From the IMG/VR virus record IMGVR_UViG_3300044535_000472, positions 32,001-96,000 of that record: a stretch of 64,000 nucleotides of DNA; one strand, given 5' to 3'. This document shows positions 38,213 through 47,400 of the stretch, piece after piece (position 1 is the stretch's first letter; the number at the start of each line of letters is the position of its first letter). This stretch comes from a virus. The translations under genes were made by a program, and so were the position numbers. Below the pieces are notes generated by a model, which did not search any database, was not told where the DNA came from, and saw only the letters and a program-made list of their open reading frames with translations.

Positions 38213-40167
38213 GTTTTTACAAATACATACTTACCATTGGTATCTGTAAGAATCTGGAAACCTTTATCTTTACGTGAACCTCCTTTCTTAAAACCAGCAG
38301 GATTTGGATTATTTATATCTATTTCCCATTGTGGCTCAGTTAAGTCAAAATTTCCCCATATTCTACCAGAACCTTTTATTTCTTGCGGAAAACTATAGCC
38401 TTGAATATTACGGTTTAACTCATCAATATGTCTAGGGTATCTTCTTAAAGATGGGGATAAGCTTTTATCATAATTTTCTAAAAAGGTTCCTATACCTTTC
38501 TCATAGATACTAGGATAGTCTACACCAAATTTTCCTATTTTTCTAATACTTGTACGATCATACATATCTGTAAAAGCTGATTCAGGTATTCCTGAAAGAT
38601 CTACAACACCAACTTCACCTGTTGCAGGGTCAAACATAAAGTTGTTTGGATTTACCCAGTCTACAGATATGTCATTATCTTGTAAAAATTTCAATCTTTT
38701 TGAAGTATTTGCTATTGACTGTGGTGTTAGTTTACTTCTAAATGTAGATAAACCTCCAGGACTTTCTAAGAATCGCATTAGAGGTTGACCTGAAACTTTA
38801 TTTAACACTTGAACAGCAACACCTGGTGTACTTATTTTTGAAACTTGTGTTCTAAAATCAGGAAATACATGAGAAACCTTAGGTAATCCTAAATATGAAT
38901 CTGCAGAAGATTGTCCTAATAGACCAAGTTTATCAAAAGTTTCTTGCGTTTCCCAAGGCATTAAGTTACCAACTTTTAAAACTTCAGTTTCACTACCTAC
39001 AATTGGTAGCACTTTTCCAAAATAACCAGAAGCCGCATTTTGAAATGAGTTAACGTCAATAGGATAGCGAAGTTTATTCACTGCCTTTTGTAAATACTTA
39101 TTTTGCAAATTAGCTATAACATCTATATCAAACGTATTTAGATGATTTCGTGCATTTTTAACTTTTTCTATATACGGTTGTAGATCAATAGTTTCTCCAT
39201 CAAACTTAGCCATTCTCGCATTTTGCAACTGATACTCATGAAAATTAAAATCATCTAATGCATCTTTGTACTCAGGTGAGCTTTTAACTTGATAAACTTC
39301 ATCTTGAAGCTGCTTACTCCAACGTCTTACATCCCACTCTTTAATGTTTTTAGGATTTGTAAACATACCATTACCATACACATAGTCTAAAAACTTTTGG
39401 GTTTTTTCTTTATCGTATAGTGAACTCTGTTTACTAGAAAGCTTTGGTTCAAAAAGTATATTCTTTACTTCTCCCGTTCTTGTAATAACACTTTTTCCAG
39501 CACTCTTTAATAAGGGTGAAGCAGCCCTTGCAACAGGAACTGCTGCGGCTAAATCTAAATAATTTCCTAGTGCTTCTCCACTATATCTTGGATCAAATAA
39601 ACCTAATGTATTTGTTAAACCATATTCTAACGGATTATCAACAAATTTTTCTACTTGTCTACCACCAGCATTTATTACAAAAGCAGGTATACCAGCAGCC
39701 ATATCTACCACTGAAGTCATTGGTGATCCTACACCATACCCTTCATAAGGATTATGCATTCCTAGTGATCCACTTGGAATATCGTAACCTCTGTTAACAG
39801 CAGCTATAGTTTCCATAGGATGGCTTACAGCTGTCCAGGCACGTCTTGCAAATTTTTCAGCATCGCTTCTAGTATCTGCCGTAAGTACATCTTGACGTTT
39901 TAATGCTTCTGGTAAAGCATCATACGCTTCCTGCGCTTTAGCTTCTTCTATAATCTGTTTACCACTTTTATCTTTCCATGTGTCAGGAGCTTTAGGCATA
40001 TTAGTAGGTCTAGTAGATTCTGCTACAACAGGTTGCGTTTTAACTTCCCTTATATCCCCTACAAGATTTTGTGTGGGTGCTACTTTCATTTCACGTCTAA
40101 GGAAATCTCTCCAGTCTGGAATATTAGTTTGTGCCTTAGGTAATGATTTTATTTTAACTTTTCTCAT
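38209..40167 (-). CDS. cargo protein with a C-terminal protein-kinase-like domain (652 aa)
   Basis: Gly-loop ASGYFGKV, beta3 Lys VLKV, catalytic loop SVDWVNPNNFMF and DFG-equivalent GVVDLS; N-terminal MRKVKIKSLPKAQ. Confidence 0.7.
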   Translation of the reverse strand: MRKVKIKSLPKAQTNIPDWRDFLRREMKVAPTQNLVGDIREVKTQPVVAESTRPTNMPKAPDTWKDKSGKQIIEEAKAQEAYDALPEALKRQDVLTADTRSDAEKFARRAWTAVSHPMETIAAVNRGYDIPSGSLGMHNPYEGYGVGSPMTSVVDMAAGIPAFVINAGGRQVEKFVDNPLEYGLTNTLGLFDPRYSGEALGNYLDLAAAVPVARAASPLLKSAGKSVITRTGEVKNILFEPKLSSKQSSLYDKEKTQKFLDYVYGNGMFTNPKNIKEWDVRRWSKQLQDEVYQVKSSPEYKDALDDFNFHEYQLQNARMAKFDGETIDLQPYIEKVKNARNHLNTFDIDVIANLQNKYLQKAVNKLRYPIDVNSFQNAASGYFGKVLPIVGSETEVLKVGNLMPWETQETFDKLGLLGQSSADSYLGLPKVSHVFPDFRTQVSKISTPGVAVQVLNKVSGQPLMRFLESPGGLSTFRSKLTPQSIANTSKRLKFLQDNDISVDWVNPNNFMFDPATGEVGVVDLSGIPESAFTDMYDRTSIRKIGKFGVDYPSIYEKGIGTFLENYDKSLSPSLRRYPRHIDELNRNIQGYSFPQEIKGSGRIWGNFDLTEPQWEIDINNPNPAGFKKGGSRKDKGFQILTDTNGKYVFVKT

Positions 40168-40173
40168 TCTAAG

Positions 40174-43100
40174 TTATTTTAAATTGTCCAATACGCTTCT
40201 TGTATATTTATTTCTTTCACCCAATGGGACTAGCACCCCATCTTTTTTCACATTTCGTATATAGTTCTTAAGCATCTTTTCATAAGCTTGTTTTTTTACA
40301 GTAGCATCTTTTGTTGTAGAATACTGATTTGCTGCTCCAAAAAAGTTAGGATATTCTTCTATAGGAAGACCATTATAAACAAAGTCTAATGCAAGTACTT
40401 TTAAATCAGGATGTAACTTATCAAAAGAACCTTTTCCAAATTTTGTTTCATACTGCTCTAATGTGCGATCAAGATGTTCTTCTGCATCATTACGCATTAA
40501 CGCAATAGCCTCATCTTTAGTAAGCCCTTTAGAATATCTGTTAGTTTTAACATCATCATCTGTTAGCTTATGACCATAACCTATTGTATCATTACCACCT
40601 TCTTCAGATGCATACTGATAATATCTTCCATCTTTTAAACCTTTATTAACACCATTTTCTTGTTGCATCAATCGTGTATAGTAATCTTCAGGTATTTTAA
40701 ATCTCACAGGTTTTGGTTTATCAAAGGCATTCATCACTTGATTATATTGATCTAATAAAGTTGGTGTTGGTTGTGGGAGAATTCCCATCTTTTGCATTTG
40801 ATCAAAAACATCTGGTGTTTCTGGTGCGGGCTTATAACCATATTGCTGCATCATATTAATAATGCCACCTCCATCTTGTTTTCTTTCTATATAGCGCATT
40901 CTTTGCAGCTCAGGATCAAATACTAAGTTTTGATTTTTACCTCCCCAGTTACGGTCATTGCTCAACATAAAGTCCTTATACTCCATCCAACCGGTATCTC
41001 CAGGATGGGATTCTCCCGGTATATGAGACTTTAACCAAACACCTGTATCAGGATTAGTACTAAAGCCATGATACATATTATCATAGGGATCTGGCTGCCA
41101 GTGTGGATTCATTTCTAAAGCTTGCTCAAAATTCTCAGGTTTTCCTAAAGCATTCCACATGTTATAGTGATCATATTGTCTAGGGTTACCATATTGCCAC
41201 TTGGAGTCAGGTCTTCTATTTTCAGGCGCTGTTTCACTGTAACATAAAAAATCTTCATAGTCATCCGGCAAGCCACCACCAGTTTGAGCTTGATCTAAAT
41301 ATAACTCGAAATCACCTTCATCAAACATTTCATCATCTACAATAATATCTTGAAATGCTCTATTTCTATTTGCAAGTATTTCTTCTTCTGTAGATCCTCC
41401 AGCTTGTTTTACCTTTTTAAATCTTTTATCATTAGGATCAAATGGTGCAGCATCATTTGTATTCCAAATTCTACCATACCATGTATTGTAATATGCATCT
41501 GATGGAGTACCATCGGGTTTAAGATCTATGTTTTGATAATAGAAATCACGACCCTTATTTAATAACTGACGTCTATCATTTACTGAAAGTTTATTAATAG
41601 CGGGTGCATATTGTTGCCACAATTTATCTAGCTCTGCCAACTTTGCCGCTACGGCTTTTTTATCAGCCTTAGCTCCATAATAGTCAATATTAAAACTACC
41701 TCTATTAGGTAATCCAGATTGACCTATGCTTTTTAAATATTGATCTAATTGATATATTCTAGGATCTCTACCAGTATTATATATAAAATCAACAGCTTCA
41801 GTTTGCTCTGCTGGAGTAGTATAGTAAGGTTGTGCGATTGGTAAAACATTAGTCATCATCCAATTTATAGCATCATCCCTTTTAGGATTAGTACCTAGTA
41901 AAGGATTTCCATAATCAGTTAAACCTGTACCATCACGTCTTCCTCTTGCATATTCGTAATCTGCAATTTTACCTATACCTGTTTTTATATCACCAATTAG
42001 TTGAGCCTTTGGTAATGATTTTATTTTTATTTGTTTAAGACTTGGTATAGATATATCACCACCTTTTTGCTTTCTAGTATATCTAGCGCTACCCGTTCCC
42101 ATATGAGCTCTAGATGTATTTTGCCATATCTCAGGAGTAACTCTATCAGTCCTAATTACATCAAATATTTTTTCTCCTGGTTGACCTTTAAAAGCATAAT
42201 GTGAAAATGGATCTAACTCTCCAAATGCGTTTTGTGCAAAACCACGATAAACTTTTGGATCTAAAAACATTTCTTTAAGAACTACTTTTAACGGAGCAAG
42301 CTCAGGCTTAATATCATAGTAAGCTCTCATAAAATCATAGTAAGACATTTTAGCATAATCTAATAAGTTAGGGCTATCTTTAAACACAAGATCATCTTCT
42401 CCAGGTGTCCAACTCATAGAACGGCTTTTGTCATAATCAGCTGCCAGTACCCCTCTTCTGTTTTTGGGATTTGTTGCTTTTGCCAAAGCATCTTTCTTAT
42501 TTCTAAATTTTCTTTGCATTGGCCACGCATCGGTCTGCGCTTTTCTATATACATCATCAAGACCTTGAGTTAACCTATGTTGTTTCATAGGATCTTTTGT
42601 AACATATACAAAATCTCTAATAGATGTTGGTAATCTTTTTTGATAGTCATTTGCTACAATACCTGTTCCATATGGGGAACCCCTAAATCCATAGTTAATT
42701 GGATATTCATTTGCTGATATCCAATCTAGTCTATTTGATGATGAGAAATCTGTAGGACGTCTTAAAGTAACAGAATAGCCATCGCCATAAGTATAACCCT
42801 CGGCATTAGGTTTAGAGTTTGATACGTATAGTGCATGTTCCCCTTTCTTTAAACCATATCTACCATATCCAGTTTCTCCTGGTATGTGGGATGCCATATA
42901 CTCTGCAGCAGCTTGAGGATTTGTTTCATAGTTAATCCCCTGCGCTTCTAACTCTTTAATTAATTTACTCCAAGCATTTTCTTCACCGAGCCATCTACCA
43001 CTAAGAGTTTCTTTAACTTTAGGCCAATTGGTACTAACACCTCTTACAAAAGTGTTATGCCTATTTAACAAACCTCTAAAAGTCATGTCAGTAAGCATAT

Positions 43101-44445
43101 CTGATTTTGCAACTCTTTGTATATCAGGTATATTATATCCATACTGTTTTGCCCAATGCTGTAAATTTTGAAGATCTTTAAATCTTCTTCCTGTGCTTCC
43201 AATTGCTCCAATATTTTTTACCGCATTTAAATCTGAAGATAAATTTTTAGCTCCTAGAAAGTTTAACGCATTGAGACCTCCTTCAAATGCTACATCTCTC
43301 CAGTCTCCTTCTCCAGCATTATATCTAGATACAGCTTGTCTAAAGTCAGATTCTGGATTTAAAAAATTATAAGTACCTACAGCTTGAAATGCTGGATTAA
43401 CGACATTACCCAGTGTAACACCAGTACCTAATAACTCCAAACCTAATGTACTAGCAATAGCTGGAGCAGCTGCATATAATCCTACTGCAGCATCTAAAGG
43501 TCCAACTGTTGTATTTGTTGTACCAAGCATGTTTGCTTTCTGCTGAGAATCTTGCTTATGTTGTTGATAAGCAGAAAATTTTCTACTAAACTCGGTACTA
43601 TTAATAGCTTTATCGGCCTGATCTAAAATGTATTTTTTATCTTTTAACTTAGAATTTAATTTCTTTTTTTCTTTTTCATTTTTTGAAAAAGATATATCAA
43701 AAGTCAGTTGACCTATTTCGTCTTCTATTTTTTGTTTATTGTATGATGCATTTAAATAATCAGTTATGTCTGCATCACTTATTTCACTATTAGTAATATC
43801 TTCAGGACTCCATAAACTCATTCCTCCTATTTTTGGACCTGTACCAAAGCGACTTGTATATGCTGCTTTAGCATAACCAGTTTCTGGATTTACACTTTCT
43901 AAATCTTCTTGACTAGGTGTAGTAAGATGTTTTGCAAAACGTTCTTTTTTCTCCTGCTCTAAAACTTCTTTAGATGGTTGCTTATAATTAGCATCCATCC
44001 AGTTTGCAATCTCTTTACCTCTTTCTAAATTATTCTTATTCTGAGCTGCTGTATTATATGCCCAATTTGCATTTCTATATTCATCTACTGAGTTCCATCC
44101 TGCTACCTGTGCTCTTCTGTTAAGCTCCATATTCTCAGCAGGACTTAAATTAACATCATAGCTAGAATTAAATTGACCTGTAGTTTGGGCTTTTGGTAAA
44201 GTCTTTATTTTAACTCTTTTAAGATTTGGCATAGAGGTATTACCACCATAAGCCATCATAGGTATTTCATATACGGCAGTACCAGGAAATGTATAGTTAC
44301 CTCCAGGCTGCATCATTTTAGTATTACCTAAATTATCAATACCCAATACAGGGTATGGTACACCCTTCATTGTTATATCACCACTTGGAATAATAGTATC
44401 CTCACCAGGATATTTCCATTGTCCATATTTACTTACTTTAGCCAT
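40174..44445 (-). CDS. modular cargo polyprotein (1423 aa): ART-like, GH108-like and GH24/T4-lysozyme-like domains separated by xxxGG linkers
   Basis: TFVRGVS..ALYVSNS..AEGY; YEYARG..DGTGLTDYG..DFIYNTG..RDFYY..WYGRI; QENG..DTIGYGH..LDFVYN. Confidence 0.7.
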   Translation of the reverse strand: MAKVSKYGQWKYPGEDTIIPSGDITMKGVPYPVLGIDNLGNTKMMQPGGNYTFPGTAVYEIPMMAYGGNTSMPNLKRVKIKTLPKAQTTGQFNSSYDVNLSPAENMELNRRAQVAGWNSVDEYRNANWAYNTAAQNKNNLERGKEIANWMDANYKQPSKEVLEQEKKERFAKHLTTPSQEDLESVNPETGYAKAAYTSRFGTGPKIGGMSLWSPEDITNSEISDADITDYLNASYNKQKIEDEIGQLTFDISFSKNEKEKKKLNSKLKDKKYILDQADKAINSTEFSRKFSAYQQHKQDSQQKANMLGTTNTTVGPLDAAVGLYAAAPAIASTLGLELLGTGVTLGNVVNPAFQAVGTYNFLNPESDFRQAVSRYNAGEGDWRDVAFEGGLNALNFLGAKNLSSDLNAVKNIGAIGSTGRRFKDLQNLQHWAKQYGYNIPDIQRVAKSDMLTDMTFRGLLNRHNTFVRGVSTNWPKVKETLSGRWLGEENAWSKLIKELEAQGINYETNPQAAAEYMASHIPGETGYGRYGLKKGEHALYVSNSKPNAEGYTYGDGYSVTLRRPTDFSSSNRLDWISANEYPINYGFRGSPYGTGIVANDYQKRLPTSIRDFVYVTKDPMKQHRLTQGLDDVYRKAQTDAWPMQRKFRNKKDALAKATNPKNRRGVLAADYDKSRSMSWTPGEDDLVFKDSPNLLDYAKMSYYDFMRAYYDIKPELAPLKVVLKEMFLDPKVYRGFAQNAFGELDPFSHYAFKGQPGEKIFDVIRTDRVTPEIWQNTSRAHMGTGSARYTRKQKGGDISIPSLKQIKIKSLPKAQLIGDIKTGIGKIADYEYARGRRDGTGLTDYGNPLLGTNPKRDDAINWMMTNVLPIAQPYYTTPAEQTEAVDFIYNTGRDPRIYQLDQYLKSIGQSGLPNRGSFNIDYYGAKADKKAVAAKLAELDKLWQQYAPAINKLSVNDRRQLLNKGRDFYYQNIDLKPDGTPSDAYYNTWYGRIWNTNDAAPFDPNDKRFKKVKQAGGSTEEEILANRNRAFQDIIVDDEMFDEGDFELYLDQAQTGGGLPDDYEDFLCYSETAPENRRPDSKWQYGNPRQYDHYNMWNALGKPENFEQALEMNPHWQPDPYDNMYHGFSTNPDTGVWLKSHIPGESHPGDTGWMEYKDFMLSNDRNWGGKNQNLVFDPELQRMRYIERKQDGGGIINMMQQYGYKPAPETPDVFDQMQKMGILPQPTPTLLDQYNQVMNAFDKPKPVRFKIPEDYYTRLMQQENGVNKGLKDGRYYQYASEEGGNDTIGYGHKLTDDDVKTNRYSKGLTKDEAIALMRNDAEEHLDRTLEQYETKFGKGSFDKLHPDLKVLALDFVYNGLPIEEYPNFFGAANQYSTTKDATVKKQAYEKMLKNYIRNVKKDGVLVPLGERNKYTRSVLDNLK

Positions 44446-47400
44446 TAGCGAGGAGATAAAGTTTGTTTCATGTTGTTAATCTTATAAAGCATCTTGGTGT
44501 TATTTTGACCAGGTGCATTTTCTCTAATAAGTTTTAATCTGTTTACATAGTGGCGAAACTTCTTACGTTGGAAAGCTGGCTTACTATAGTTAATATTATT
44601 AGGGTTTAACAAAGATATATAACCGTTTGCTTGTGTATCCCACATTTGAGTTACAAATCCAGTGTATTCACCACGGTCTCTGGTTAAATCTACAAATTGA
44701 TTAAAGCGATATTTATTCTCTTCTTTAGAATACAATATGTCTACGTATGTTGGTGTATATGTAGGATACTGCATTGCGAGGACCGGGTTATTCTTTGGGT
44801 GTAAGTTTAATCGTAACTCACCAGATACCTGCTCAGAGTTATATACTATAGCTTTATTAAAGTTGTAATCAAGTACATGGAATCTGTCATAACCATCTTG
44901 GCTATAAACATAAGCCTCAAGTATGTACTCCATGCTCTTAATAGATGTAACAGTTTGTCCATTAGAAACTACTTCTTCTACTTCAAATGGATAATCTACC
45001 CCATAGAAGTTTGTATAGCTTGAAGTACTTTCATTATGCTTCCAAATGTTAGGACCCTTAGTTGTAAGGATACTCATCTTAGATGGCATAATTAAATCAG
45101 GATGCCAGTCATGGAATGAGATAAACGCTTTAGCCTTAGGGTCATAACTTACCGTCCAAGATGCATCTTCAAAGTATAATGGATCACCTAGTGCTACTGT
45201 TATTGAAGTAACTTGACCATTGATAACCTTGTTAAAGATATCCTTCTTATCATAGACAAGTCCTGAAGGCGCATCAATTCTTAATTTAAAATCTCTTTTG
45301 GTAAAGTATACTATTTGATTTTTATTATCAAATGATGCTTGGCAACCAATACCGGCTATAGGATTTCTTACTAATTCAAAGTCTGGAAAATCTTCTAAAA
45401 GCTTATATGGTAAATATTTTGCAAACCACCATTTTAAACCAGCTGTAGAAATCTCTTCTAAAGATTGACCAATACCAAATATTTTACCTTGGCTTTGAGC
45501 AACATAGTATAATCCCAAGGGTGTATTAACAACACTTAATGGATCTTGCACTGATGCATACTGATAAGCAGCATCTGCATTACTAAAACTTTGCAATGGT
45601 TGTGAAAACAAACTACCATCTCCAATATTAAGCTTTGTACCTAAATCTAGTTCAAGATTTTCTACAGTACGTGTCATTACTGGTGAATCCTTTTCAGTAA
45701 AAATTATCACACCGCTTTGGTCATATGGCTTAACAGATATAACTTTAGACCTAAAGTCTTTATAGTTAAATGCTAAAAAGACTTGCCAGTAATCTCTAAT
45801 AGCTTCTAAACTTTGTGGTAAAGAATATATAAGACGATTAGGATAATAGGTAAAGCATTTCTCAGCTACATATGGATTGTAACTAATAGGCTGAACATTA
45901 CCCCAGCTAATTAAATCATGATACGTCTTAGAGATACCAAGAGACATATCATACTTAAAGAAATTACCAGCTTTGATAATACTTGGTTCAAATAGTGCTT
46001 CAGTATCCGCATATCTGTATGGATCATAGAATCTTTGATCATCTTGATTACCCCAATCACGATAACTTATATTAAGTTCTGTTTCTACAAAGAAATCTCT
46101 AACCCCAGATTGAAATAAATAGAAGAATGCATTCTTTACACCAAATCTAAAGCTAACATTAAAGTTGGTACCACCACCACCTAATGAACCAGAAGGTGAA
46201 TAGTTTCTTCTATCTAAATGATGATAGTTAGATGGAATATCCCAAGTATTTGAGCTTACACTACCTAGTGATAATAAATCACCTACCATACTACCAAGAG
46301 CTCCCATTGCATCATACTCACTTAAATTAGCCCAATATCTTGGATATGATATCATGTAGTGTAATCCATAATCAAACTGAGTACCATCTGGTTGACCGTA
46401 AAGCCAATCTCTAAAATAGAAGAAAGTATTTTTTTCAGTATATCTTCCTATATACACATCACCACCATACACAATAGAACCTGGTACTTTTTTACCCTTA
46501 TCATTTTGTGTTAGTGTTAAAAACGTAGTATTGCTACATGAACCAAAATTACCATCAATTGGTTTTACAATAGTTCTGCAGCCTGAAGGAACTTGTAGTA
46601 TACTATCTATTTGACCATAAAGGTTAGGTCTTCTTATTTTAAATCCTGCATAGTATGATGAAGCTGTAGTATCAAAATCTTGTTTAACAATATCTAAAAA
46701 ATCATATTCATTTGCAGTTAGTCCTGCTGTAGTATCATTATCAATATCAAATTGAACACCAATTGTGGTAAGAGAATTATCTACTATGCTTGGATCAGCA
46801 ATATTATTACTTGCTTCAAACATTACAGCTCTTCCTCTATATAAGTTATTTACTCGATAACTTACTTGTGTACTATCTGATGCTGGAAAAGTCTGTAGCA
46901 AATTATCTAAGTAATAAGATCGCTCAACTTTACGACGATGGTTACCTATTTGTACATTACCAATAGTGTTATTTGTTAAATCACCATGTGATAAATATCT
47001 ATAGGCGTACTGTCTATATTTTGTACTAGCTTTTATAAGTTCTACGAAATTAGAAAGACCCATTCCCCAGTAACTCATAAATGAAACTATACCATAGGAT
47101 GAAGCAATGCCTGGGTCTAGCATTTGCTGACCAGATAATTCAAGATCTAAATTTTCACTAAATCCAATTTTTACTTTAGAATCTTTATAAAATTGGTTAT
47201 CAGAAAGTGTATGATAAAAACCAGTTACATCATAGTTTTGACCAAATCCTAAAATCGCATTCCACGCTTGGTTATTACCTCCTAAACTAAATAGGTTATT
47301 ACTATCATTAATACCACTTTCAACAGTATTATCAGATCCTGGACCTTGTATTTGACCGTCTACATATAAAGGAACTTCAAACTTAGCACTATCTGGAATA

